A DNA stretch of 64,000 nt, taken from positions 4,384,001-4,448,000 of the forward strand of contig OY762007.1 of the NCBI GenBank assembly GCA_963665115.1, in the 5' to 3' direction. The notes beneath the pieces were generated by a model that searched no databases, was not told the origin of the DNA, and worked only from the letters and a program-made list of their open reading frames with translations. Of the stretch, positions 20,540-28,502 are shown in pieces (position 1 is the stretch's first letter; the number at the start of each line of letters is the position of its first letter). Position numbers and translations under genes: made by a program. Source of the stretch: an uncultured Rivularia sp. GTDB lineage: Bacteria > Cyanobacteriota > Cyanobacteriia > Cyanobacteriales > Nostocaceae.

Positions 20540-21124
20540 ATGACAAAAAAAGCTTTCTTACCCCTAATCGCCGCCGGTTTGGTATTCAGCAGCTTTGCAG
20601 CAGTCGAAGTTAACCAACAGCAAACAGCTACAGCGCAAGCAGCCAAGAAATCACAATGGAAAGTCTTTAATTCCCCTGATGGCAGTTTCAAGGTATTAAT
20701 GCCGGGAATGCCTAAATCCATGAGTGAAACTAAAAAGACATTTATGGGGGAAATTAACTTAAACATATTTCTTGCCAAACCTCCCAAACAGCAAGTAGCA
20801 TACGTCGTCGCTTACAATGACTTTCCTCATAGTTACGGTAAACTGGCAGATCCTCAAGTAGTGCTGAATAATGCGCGGGATATGGCACTAAAAACCACGA
20901 AATCCAGATTAGTCAGTCAAAAAAACATTCGTAGCTACAACAATCAGCCAGGGCAAGAAATCGAGTACGTCAACTCAGCCGGAAAAATTACCAGAAACCG
21001 GATGTTTTTCGCTGAAGGGCGTTTGTATCAAGCAATGGTAATCACCACCAGAGAACAAGAAAAATATCTTGGTAAAAGCATTCGAGGATATTTGAATTCT
21101 TTTCAAGTGGTTTTGAGAAGGTAA
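20540..21124 (+). CDS. Secreted hypothetical protein
   Basis: Signal peptide, WKVFNSPDGSFKVLMPG pattern. Confidence 0.8.
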   Translation: MTKKAFLPLIAAGLVFSSFAAVEVNQQQTATAQAAKKSQWKVFNSPDGSFKVLMPGMPKSMSETKKTFMGEINLNIFLAKPPKQQVAYVVAYNDFPHSYGKLADPQVVLNNARDMALKTTKSRLVSQKNIRSYNNQPGQEIEYVNSAGKITRNRMFFAEGRLYQAMVITTREQEKYLGKSIRGYLNSFQVVLRR

Positions 21125-21129
21125 TTAAA

Positions 21130-21350
21130 TAGGTAATGGGTAATTGGTAGTTGGTAATTGGTAATTGGTAATTGGTAATTGGTAATTGGTAATTGGGGAT
21201 TGGGGATTGGGCATGGGTATTAAAAATAATCAGGGAGCAAGATGCTCCCACTACACAATGTTTGATCGCTCCTCCTCCTCTACCCCTTCTACCCCCTCTA
21301 CCCCCTCTACCTCCTCTACCCCCTCTACCCCCTCTACCCCCTCTACCCTC
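21130..21350. repeat. STRR heptamers, REP hairpin and (CCCCCTCTA)n 9-mer array
   Basis: GGTAATT/GGGGATT tandem, GGGAGCAAGATGCTCCCACTAC, then 9-mer array. Confidence 0.9.
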
Positions 21351-22845
21351 TCTCCCTTACCACTTGCAAAGTACACAAACTCGCATCCGCACAATTACTG
21401 ATAAACCCTCCCATCGCTTTTACATTTAATAAATGTTCCACAACTGCGGAAGTTATGATTTCTCCGGGGATTAACAAAGGAATTCCAGGTGGATAGGGAC
21501 AAACGGTTTCAGCACTGATACGATTAATTGCTTGTTTGATGGGTATGGTTTCTGTTGAACTAAAAAATGCTTGACGAGGAGATAGTTGTAAAGTATTTAA
21601 TTCAGGAAAATTATTCCATAATAACCTCTTCTTATTTTTGAGAAGGGGTTTTCTATATTCTTTCGCTAGAGTTTTGAAGGCTTTTATTAATTGTGCTATA
21701 TCTTCTGCGGTGTTTCCTAAGCTAATTATAAATGCGACAGTTTTCAATGAGGCGAATTCGGGGGTTACGTTGAATTTCTCATCTAATATTTCTTCTGCTT
21801 CAAACCCGGTTATTCCTAATTCAGAAATTGTTACGGTTAAGCGGGTTTTGTCTAAAGAGGGGGAAGAGGGGGTAGATGGGGGAGAGGGGGAAGAGGGGGT
21901 GGAGGGGGTAGAGGGGGGGAAAGATAAAGTTGATAATCCTGGAATTTTGTCAATACGGTTTTTGGCTTCTTCTGATAGTTGTAAGGTTTGGGTGAGTAAT
22001 TCTTTGGCTTGGAGTGCTATTTGTTGCCGTGCTGCGTCTAAGGAAGCTAGTAGTATATAGCTGGGACTTGTTGACTGAGTGAGTTGTAGGGCTTTGTTGA
22101 CGAGGTTAATATTTATCCTTTCACCTTGTACGTGGAGCATCGATGCTTGAGTCATGGCTCCGAGGGTTTTGTGAATTGACTGTACGGTTAAATCGGCTCC
22201 TGCACTTAATGCTGAGATGGGGAATTCGGGATGGAAGGCAAAATGTGCGCCGTGGGCTTCGTCTACTAATAAGGGAATATTGTATTCGTGGGTGAGTTTG
22301 GCGATCGCCTTAATATCTCCGCATACTCCGTAATATGTGGGATAAACCATCATCACGGCTTTTGCATCGGGATGTTTTTCTAATGCTTTTTCTAAACTTT
22401 CAACGGTGATGCTATGGGCAATTTCTAAATTTGCATCGTATTCTGGGTTGATAAAAATTGGTATTGCACCGCAAAGAATTAAGCCTGAAATTACCGAAGA
22501 ATGAATGTTACGGGGAAGGATGATTTTATCGCCGTCGTTGCAGGTTGCCAGAATTGCCGCTTCTATTCCGCAGGTGGAGCCATTAACTAAAAACCAAGTT
22601 TGCGAACTACCAAATGCTTCAGCGGCGAGTTGTTGGGCTTGTTGAATAACGCCTTCGGGTGCGAAAAGACAATCTAGTTGGGTTAATTCGGTTAAATCGG
22701 CGGTAAATACAGCTTTACCGAAATATTCTAGAAGTTTTGGTGAAATTCCTTTTCCTTGCTTGTGTCCCGGTGTATAAAAAGGTGCATGGGGACGATTGGC
22801 GTTGGATATTATTGCATCGAGTAAAGGAGTTTGGTTTTGATTCAT
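21343..22845 (-). CDS. Orn/Lys/Arg decarboxylase-family PLP enzyme
   Basis: TPGHKQG, LVNGST, DEAHGAH, QSIHKT (PLP lysine), STSPSY, YPPGIP. Confidence 0.92.
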   Translation of the reverse strand: MNQNQTPLLDAIISNANRPHAPFYTPGHKQGKGISPKLLEYFGKAVFTADLTELTQLDCLFAPEGVIQQAQQLAAEAFGSSQTWFLVNGSTCGIEAAILATCNDGDKIILPRNIHSSVISGLILCGAIPIFINPEYDANLEIAHSITVESLEKALEKHPDAKAVMMVYPTYYGVCGDIKAIAKLTHEYNIPLLVDEAHGAHFAFHPEFPISALSAGADLTVQSIHKTLGAMTQASMLHVQGERININLVNKALQLTQSTSPSYILLASLDAARQQIALQAKELLTQTLQLSEEAKNRIDKIPGLSTLSFPPSTPSTPSSPSPPSTPSSPSLDKTRLTVTISELGITGFEAEEILDEKFNVTPEFASLKTVAFIISLGNTAEDIAQLIKAFKTLAKEYRKPLLKNKKRLLWNNFPELNTLQLSPRQAFFSSTETIPIKQAINRISAETVCPYPPGIPLLIPGEIITSAVVEHLLNVKAMGGFISNCADASLCTLQVVRERG

Positions 22846-22957
22846 TTTAAATCAGGGAACAATGTAAAGACTATTATTTTACGTCTCCAATATTTTAGTT
22901 AGTAACGAAAAAACTATATATTATTTATAGATATTTAAGGTGCATCATAACTAAATA

Positions 22958-23404
22958 ATGATTCCGGATTTTGATAATAATGGTAATTTACCTCCCGGTA
23001 TTTATTTCTGCAATTGGAATGAGTTTGAAGAGAGATTTGGGTACAATATTCGTCGTCAAACATTAATACGTGGAATTGAGGAAGTCTTAACTCAACTTAA
23101 AAATGCTGGCTGTCGGACTGCGTATTTAAATGGAAGTTTCGTTACAATAAAAACAAAGCCGAAAGATTTTGATTTGTGTTGGGATGGTAATGGTGTTGTT
23201 AACATAGATTATTTAAGAAAAAATGCTCCACTAATCTTGAATTTGTACAATAGTAATGCTCAAAAAGCTAGATACGGGGGTGAAATTTATCCATCAGACC
23301 AACCTGTAAACGAATCTACAACTTCATTTGAGTTTTTTCAACAAGACAGAGAAGAAAACCGCAAAGGTATCATTGCTATAAATCTATTAGAGTGGGATTT
23401 ATGA
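22958..23404 (+). CDS. DUF6932-like predicted nucleotidyltransferase-fold protein
   Basis: IPDFDNNGNLPPG, LNGSFVTIKTKPKDFD (GS...DxD), KGII C-terminus. Confidence 0.75.
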   Translation: MIPDFDNNGNLPPGIYFCNWNEFEERFGYNIRRQTLIRGIEEVLTQLKNAGCRTAYLNGSFVTIKTKPKDFDLCWDGNGVVNIDYLRKNAPLILNLYNSNAQKARYGGEIYPSDQPVNESTTSFEFFQQDREENRKGIIAINLLEWDL

Positions 23405-23925
23405 TTAAAAACGAGCATCAATATCGAACAACTAAATCTTGGGTAGAAAAGTTTCAACAATCAATAATTAGTTTGTATCGTAATCAAGAAAAAAAACAAA
23501 AAGACCTAGATGGTTGGAAATTGATTCTTGATTCTTACTTTTCTCAGATCCAAAATTTATTAGATGAAATTTCGGAATATGAATATTTAATAAATCACAA
23601 TTATAAAAAGCCTTTAATCTTATCAAATAGTGATGTACGTTTAGATGATATAGGTAGAATTTTAATCAAAGTAAGGATTGCAAAAAAGATTACAGAGAAA
23701 GAGCTAGCGATACTGACTAAATTGACTGAAGAACAGATAAAAGAATGCGAACAAAAAGATTATCAAAATGCTAGTTTTGATACGGTGATAGAAATTGCTG
23801 AAGCTTTGGGTGTAAAGTTGCAGCATTGCGTTGTGGTAGCAGAAACAAACGATTTGGTAAATGAGGAATTAATCAAAATAAGACAAGCACAACATACCGA
23901 TCGTGTAAGTCAGGTTAAAGGTTAA
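23401..23925 (+). CDS. XRE-family HTH protein (HigA-like)
   Basis: ATGA overlap with upstream stop; MIKNEHQY N-terminus; LIKVRIAKKITEKELA...EQKDYQNASFDTVIEIAEALGV HTH. Confidence 0.82.
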   Translation: MIKNEHQYRTTKSWVEKFQQSIISLYRNQEKKQKDLDGWKLILDSYFSQIQNLLDEISEYEYLINHNYKKPLILSNSDVRLDDIGRILIKVRIAKKITEKELAILTKLTEEQIKECEQKDYQNASFDTVIEIAEALGVKLQHCVVVAETNDLVNEELIKIRQAQHTDRVSQVKG

Positions 23926-23979
23926 AGGTAGAATAACTCTTAACTCTTCACTCCTCACTTCTAATTTCTTTGGTTCATA

Positions 23980-24291
23980 CTAACCTTTATTTTCTTCTGA
24001 AAAATTTACTGTTAATGAAAAACCGAGTGTATTTAATAGCGCTACCAACTGATAAATTTCCGCACCACCGCTCAAAACCAATATTTGCTTAAGCCTTTCC
24101 CAATTAAGTTGTGCTGCTTCGGAAAGATTGTTCATCCTTAATCGTGCGTCAATCACATCATTAAGTGCTGATGATAGCAATTGAGGCTCAGGGTTTTCTA
24201 CTTCTAATATTGCTTCAATATAAGCAGCAGCTTCTTCACTATCTTTGAGAGATTCTACTAAATAATTTTGGTAACTATCACTGGTTGCCAT
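23980..24291 (-). CDS. Orphan addiction-module antidote / DNA-binding protein
   Basis: MATSDSYQNYLVESLKDSEEAAAYIEAILE...LVALLNTLGFSL. Confidence 0.75.
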   Translation of the reverse strand: MATSDSYQNYLVESLKDSEEAAAYIEAILEVENPEPQLLSSALNDVIDARLRMNNLSEAAQLNWERLKQILVLSGGAEIYQLVALLNTLGFSLTVNFSEENKG

Positions 24292-24343
24292 TTTTACTTT
24301 CTTCATAGTCTACCTAATACTCTCTTGCTCTAAGAATATCTTT
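24278..24343 (-). pseudogene. 3' remnant of RelE/HigB-type killer toxin
   Basis: Reads KDILRAREY*VDYEESKNGNQ* and overlaps the antidote start. Confidence 0.6.
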
Positions 24344-24403
24344 GCCCTATTAGTGAATATACTGATATATTTATGTATAAGGTTTTAATTCTAAGTAAGT
24401 TTT

Positions 24404-24955
24404 ATGCGAATAACAAATATTTTGATGCTAGGCTCTTTAATTGCAATTGCTTTACCTAGTGTTTCCGCACGGGCAATTGAATTGGATGGTTCTTTTGACT
24501 GGAACGCTAAAGGTATAGAATTTTTAGATAATGGCGAAAGAAATCCATTAGTTGAAGGTAATACGTTTTCCGGTTCGGCAATATTTAACTTTGAAAAAGA
24601 ACCTTTCAAAATAGGTGATGTTACTTTCACAATCGAGGAATTTAATAATCAAACAGTTCCTCCAATTTTAGAAGAATTTGATGTTACAAGTGCGAACTTT
24701 GCAGAAGACGGAGACTTAGTAAGTTTTGTTTTTAGTAGAGACAGCGATACGTCTAACGGAATAGTTGATTTTAGCAACCCTACAGATAGTAGTAAGTCGT
24801 TTTTCGTAAATAATGATGGAAGAGATTCTTTAAAGCCAAGTAATCTTCAAGTTACTTACAAAAGCAAAACTATCCCCGAACCTTCTACCATTTTTGGCTT
24901 AACGACAGCTTTAGTCGGAGCAATATTCACAAGAAAAAAACTGATTAACTCTTAA
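24404..24955 (+). CDS. PEP-CTERM sorting-domain protein
   Basis: Signal peptide; C-terminal IPEPSTIFG + TM + RKK. Confidence 0.88.
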   Translation: MRITNILMLGSLIAIALPSVSARAIELDGSFDWNAKGIEFLDNGERNPLVEGNTFSGSAIFNFEKEPFKIGDVTFTIEEFNNQTVPPILEEFDVTSANFAEDGDLVSFVFSRDSDTSNGIVDFSNPTDSSKSFFVNNDGRDSLKPSNLQVTYKSKTIPEPSTIFGLTTALVGAIFTRKKLINS

Positions 24956-25064
24956 ATCTCGTCCTCCTAACTTTCTCCTCAAATCGATATAGTCTGTTAG
25001 GAGGATGTTTAAAGTAGTAATTATTATTTAAGTTGGAACAGAATAATTTATCAACGAATTATCA

Positions 25065-25220
25065 ATGATTTCTCCCCAACTAATTGCCATACCAGGGCCA
25101 AATCCGACACCAGCACCCGCACCACCTCCGATGCCCGAGCCTACACCAACGCCAACACCGAATCCTACTCCTCAACCTGTTCCTTCTCCGCAACCCCAAC
25201 CGATGCCCAAACCGATTTGA
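25065..25220 (+). CDS. Small proline-rich protein (51 aa)
   Basis: MISPQLIAIPGPNPTPAPAPPPMPEPTPTPTPNPTPQPVPSPQPQPMPKPI; varied Pro codons. Confidence 0.6.
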   Translation: MISPQLIAIPGPNPTPAPAPPPMPEPTPTPTPNPTPQPVPSPQPQPMPKPI

Positions 25221-25272
25221 AACAATTTGCTCTTAGCTTTAAGATATGCTGTGATTACAAATCCAAAATCTC

Positions 25273-25315
25273 GTACACTTGCTACAACGGAGGGAACCTC
25301 CGCAACGCAGTGTAC
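25273..25315. repeat. Small dispersed hairpin repeat inside an STRR tract
   Basis: GTACAC...CGGAGG-GAA-CCTCCG...GTGTAC nested in AATC(C/T)AA repeats. Confidence 0.65.
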
Positions 25316-25334
25316 TTAAAATCTAAAATCCAAA

Positions 25335-26423
25335 ATGCTAAGAGCCGGGATTGTCGGACTTCCTAATGTAGGAAAATCAACTTTATTTAATGCTGTGGTG
25401 GCGAATGCTAAGGCTGAAGCTGCTAATTTTCCTTTTTGCACCATTGAGCCGAATGTCGGCATTGTTTCGGTACCTGACGATCGCCTGCAAGTTTTAGCGA
25501 AGATTTCTTCTGCAAAGCAAATTGTCCCCGCTCGTGTGGAATTTGTGGATATTGCTGGTTTGGTGAAGGGTGCAAGTAAAGGTGAGGGATTGGGAAACCA
25601 GTTTTTATCGAATATTCGGGAAACTGATGCGATCGTTCATGTGGTACGTTGTTTTGAAGATGATGACGTAATTCACGTTTCTGGCTCGGTGGGGCCAGCA
25701 AGAGATATTGAAGTGATTAATTTGGAGCTTGTTTTAGCGGATTTATCGCAAGTTGAGCGTCGCATGGATCGTACTCGCAAGCAAGCAAGAGCTAATAAAG
25801 ATGCTCAGTACGAAATGACGGTATTAGAAAAAGTTGCAGCAGACTTAAACGAAGGTAAATCTGTTCGTCAGATGAAGTTAAGCGAAGAAGAAGCAGAATT
25901 AATTAAACCTTTGACATTGTTGAGTGCAAAAAAGATTATTTATGCTGCCAATGTTTCCGAAGATGACTTATCTACTGGGAATAAATATGTAGAGCAAGTG
26001 CGAGAAATTGCAGCGCAAGAAGATGCTCAGGTAGTGATAGTTTCCGCACAGGTAGAAGCGGAATTAGTGGAATTATCTGATGAAGAAAGAAAGGATTTTC
26101 TTGAAGCTTTGGGTGTAGAAGAAGGTGGTTTAAAATCTTTGATTCGCGCTACTTATGACTTATTAGGTTTGCGGACATATTTCACATCAGGAGAAAAAGA
26201 AACACGAGCTTGGACAATTAAAGCTGGAATGTCAGCACCGCAAGCAGCAGGAGTAATTCATAGCGACTTTGAAAAAGGATTTATTCGTGCAGAAACAGTT
26301 AGTTATGATGATTTAGTTTCTTGTGGTTCGTTAAGTTCAGCAAAAGAAAAAGGCTTAGTTCGCGCTGAAGGGAAAGCTTATGTTGTAAAAGAAGGCGATG
26401 TGATGTTATTCCTAACTAATTAA
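25335..26423 (+). CDS. ychF: Redox-regulated ATPase YchF
   Basis: [37 protein letters not shown]-terminal TGS domain. Confidence 0.97.
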   Translation: MLRAGIVGLPNVGKSTLFNAVVANAKAEAANFPFCTIEPNVGIVSVPDDRLQVLAKISSAKQIVPARVEFVDIAGLVKGASKGEGLGNQFLSNIRETDAIVHVVRCFEDDDVIHVSGSVGPARDIEVINLELVLADLSQVERRMDRTRKQARANKDAQYEMTVLEKVAADLNEGKSVRQMKLSEEEAELIKPLTLLSAKKIIYAANVSEDDLSTGNKYVEQVREIAAQEDAQVVIVSAQVEAELVELSDEERKDFLEALGVEEGGLKSLIRATYDLLGLRTYFTSGEKETRAWTIKAGMSAPQAAGVIHSDFEKGFIRAETVSYDDLVSCGSLSSAKEKGLVRAEGKAYVVKEGDVMLFLTN

Positions 26424-26431
26424 TATGAGTT

Positions 26432-26753
26432 TGTAGTAAGCGATTAATCGCTTTTGATAAGGAATAAATTCCTTACTACGAACTTAATTCTTTTTGTAGG
26501 GTGTGTGACGCTGCGACAAATTTTGTTAGTAATTACAAGTTTGAAAATAGCGTCACGCACCATCTTCTATTTATTCACCAACCTTGTATTCATCAATTAG
26601 TATAAATACGGAGCATTTTTGTTCGTAGTAAGCGATTTATCGCTTTCTTGCTCCTACCTCTCTATATTTTCTTCCTCAGCGCTCTGTGCGGTTTTTATCT
26701 CCGTAATCTTAAGAGCGTAAAAAGATAAGAATAAGGAATAAATTCCTTACTAC
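26432..26753. repeat. Cluster of GTAG-tagged REP doublets
   Basis: GTAGTAAGCGATTAATCGCTT...AAGGAATAAATTCCTTACTAC (twice), GTAGGGTGTGTGACG...CGTCACGCACC. Confidence 0.8.
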
Positions 26754-26790
26754 AAACAAAATGTCTCAATTACAAATTACCAATTATTAA

Positions 26791-27945
26791 ATGAAAACCT
26801 ACGATATTATTGTTATCGGTGCTGGTATTGCGGGTGCTGCACTTAGCTATGAATTAGTTATAAAAGGCTTTTCGGTACTTTTAATTGAACAAAATACTAC
26901 ACCACAAAACGCGACTCGCTACAGTTATGGTGGCTTGGCTTTTTGGAGCGGTACAACTTCTTTAACTCGTCAATTGTGCGAGGAATCAAAAAAACTTTAT
27001 CAAAGTCTGTCAGAAGAATTAAACACCGATATTCAATTTCGCGAGTTAGATTTATTATTAACTATTCCTCAAGAGAATAATCCAGAAGAAATTGCTGCTA
27101 ATTACCAACGCTTTGCAACACCTCCGCAATTATTAAGCGTCAATCAAGCTTGTGAATTGGAACCTTTATTAAATAGAGATGTAATATCTGGAGCTTTAAC
27201 AGTAAAACACGGGCATATTCATCCAGAAAAAACAGCGCAAGCTTATATCAAAGCTTTTTTGCTGACTGGAGGAAAGATGCTTATTGCCGAAGTTTTGGAA
27301 ATAGAGCAAGAATTATTAGTTAAAACAAATAGCGATACATTTAGCTGCAAAAACGTTGTGGTTTGTGCTGGTGGATTTAGCCGAAAGTTGCTGCAAACAT
27401 CGAGTATTCCCATCCAAGTATATTTTACTCATGCAGAAATTATAGAAACTCCACCCGTAGACTTGAAATTAAATACATTAATAATGCCAGCGAATTTAAA
27501 ACGTTCTCAATTAGAAGCTGACACTAGTAAAAACGATAAATTATGGGATGAAACCAATAAACTCGGTTGGATTTTGGATCTAGGTGCAGTTCAATTTAAA
27601 GATAATAGTTTATGCTTGGGACAAATTAGTTTTGTCAACACGAATCCTGATGCCGATTTTGATGCTGAAAAAAGTGAAGCTGTATTACGAGAAAATATCG
27701 GTAAAATATTACCTGAATTAGAAAATATTCAAGGAACTTGTCATCATTGTTTAGTCACTTTTAGTAAAGATAATTTACCTTTGATTGGTACAGTTACTCA
27801 AAGCAATAATATTCATATTTTTTCGGGTTTTAGCAATCCTTTAGTATTTATTCCACCTTTAGCACGACGTTTCGCTAACTATTTAGCCGGGAATGAAGAT
27901 GAAATTATTGCTGGATTGTCTCCGCAAAGGTTTGCTGGTTTGTAG
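26791..27945 (+). CDS. FAD-dependent oxidoreductase (DAO family)
   Basis: DIIVIGAGIAG, VVVCAG, DNLPLIG. Confidence 0.88.
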   Translation: MKTYDIIVIGAGIAGAALSYELVIKGFSVLLIEQNTTPQNATRYSYGGLAFWSGTTSLTRQLCEESKKLYQSLSEELNTDIQFRELDLLLTIPQENNPEEIAANYQRFATPPQLLSVNQACELEPLLNRDVISGALTVKHGHIHPEKTAQAYIKAFLLTGGKMLIAEVLEIEQELLVKTNSDTFSCKNVVVCAGGFSRKLLQTSSIPIQVYFTHAEIIETPPVDLKLNTLIMPANLKRSQLEADTSKNDKLWDETNKLGWILDLGAVQFKDNSLCLGQISFVNTNPDADFDAEKSEAVLRENIGKILPELENIQGTCHHCLVTFSKDNLPLIGTVTQSNNIHIFSGFSNPLVFIPPLARRFANYLAGNEDEIIAGLSPQRFAGL

Positions 27946-28005
27946 TAAGGAATTTATTCCTTGGATTAAGAGGACTAAAGTCCTTACTACTAACTTTTGT
28001 TCAGA

Positions 28006-28389
28006 TCAAATCCCTAATATTTCTCGCGACTTTTGCAACACAGCTTTGGGACGAAAAGGTTTAGTCATATATAAATCGGCACCTACTTTTAAACCTTTTT
28101 CTTTATCTTCTTCTTGCCCTTTGGCTGTCAACATGATTATATAAATATCTTGAATTTTTAATTCTTGTTTTACGGCTTTACATACATCTAAACCATTCAT
28201 TTTCGGCATCATAATATCTAGAAAAACTAAGTCTGGCTTTTCCTCTTCGATAGTTTCTAATGCTTCTTTTCCATTTTCCGCAATCAGTAATTCAACACCT
28301 TCATCTTCTAACTTTTCTAAAACTTGTTCCATTAAAATGCGAATGTTTGCTTCGTCGTCTGCAATTAAAATTTTCTTATCCAAGTTCAT
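28006..28389 (-). CDS. Single-domain response regulator
   Basis: ILIADD, FLDIMMP, MTKPF. Confidence 0.93.
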   Translation of the reverse strand: MNLDKKILIADDEANIRILMEQVLEKLEDEGVELLIAENGKEALETIEEEKPDLVFLDIMMPKMNGLDVCKAVKQELKIQDIYIIMLTAKGQEEDKEKGLKVGADLYMTKPFRPKAVLQKSREILGI

Positions 28390-28502
28390 AATCTCCTCTT
28401 ATTTTAAGCTATTTGATAATGATTTGTAATATGTAGTTTTAGAAAATCTCAACCCGCCGTACTGCTCCCCTCTCCTTAGTAAGGAGAAAGGAAAAGGTGA
28501 GG

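Noticed and set aside
21042..21429. Pro-rich and PITNYQL ORFs (also 2269-2590 and 36163-36357)
   Set aside because: Translations of 7-mer and 9-mer DNA repeats with invariant codons
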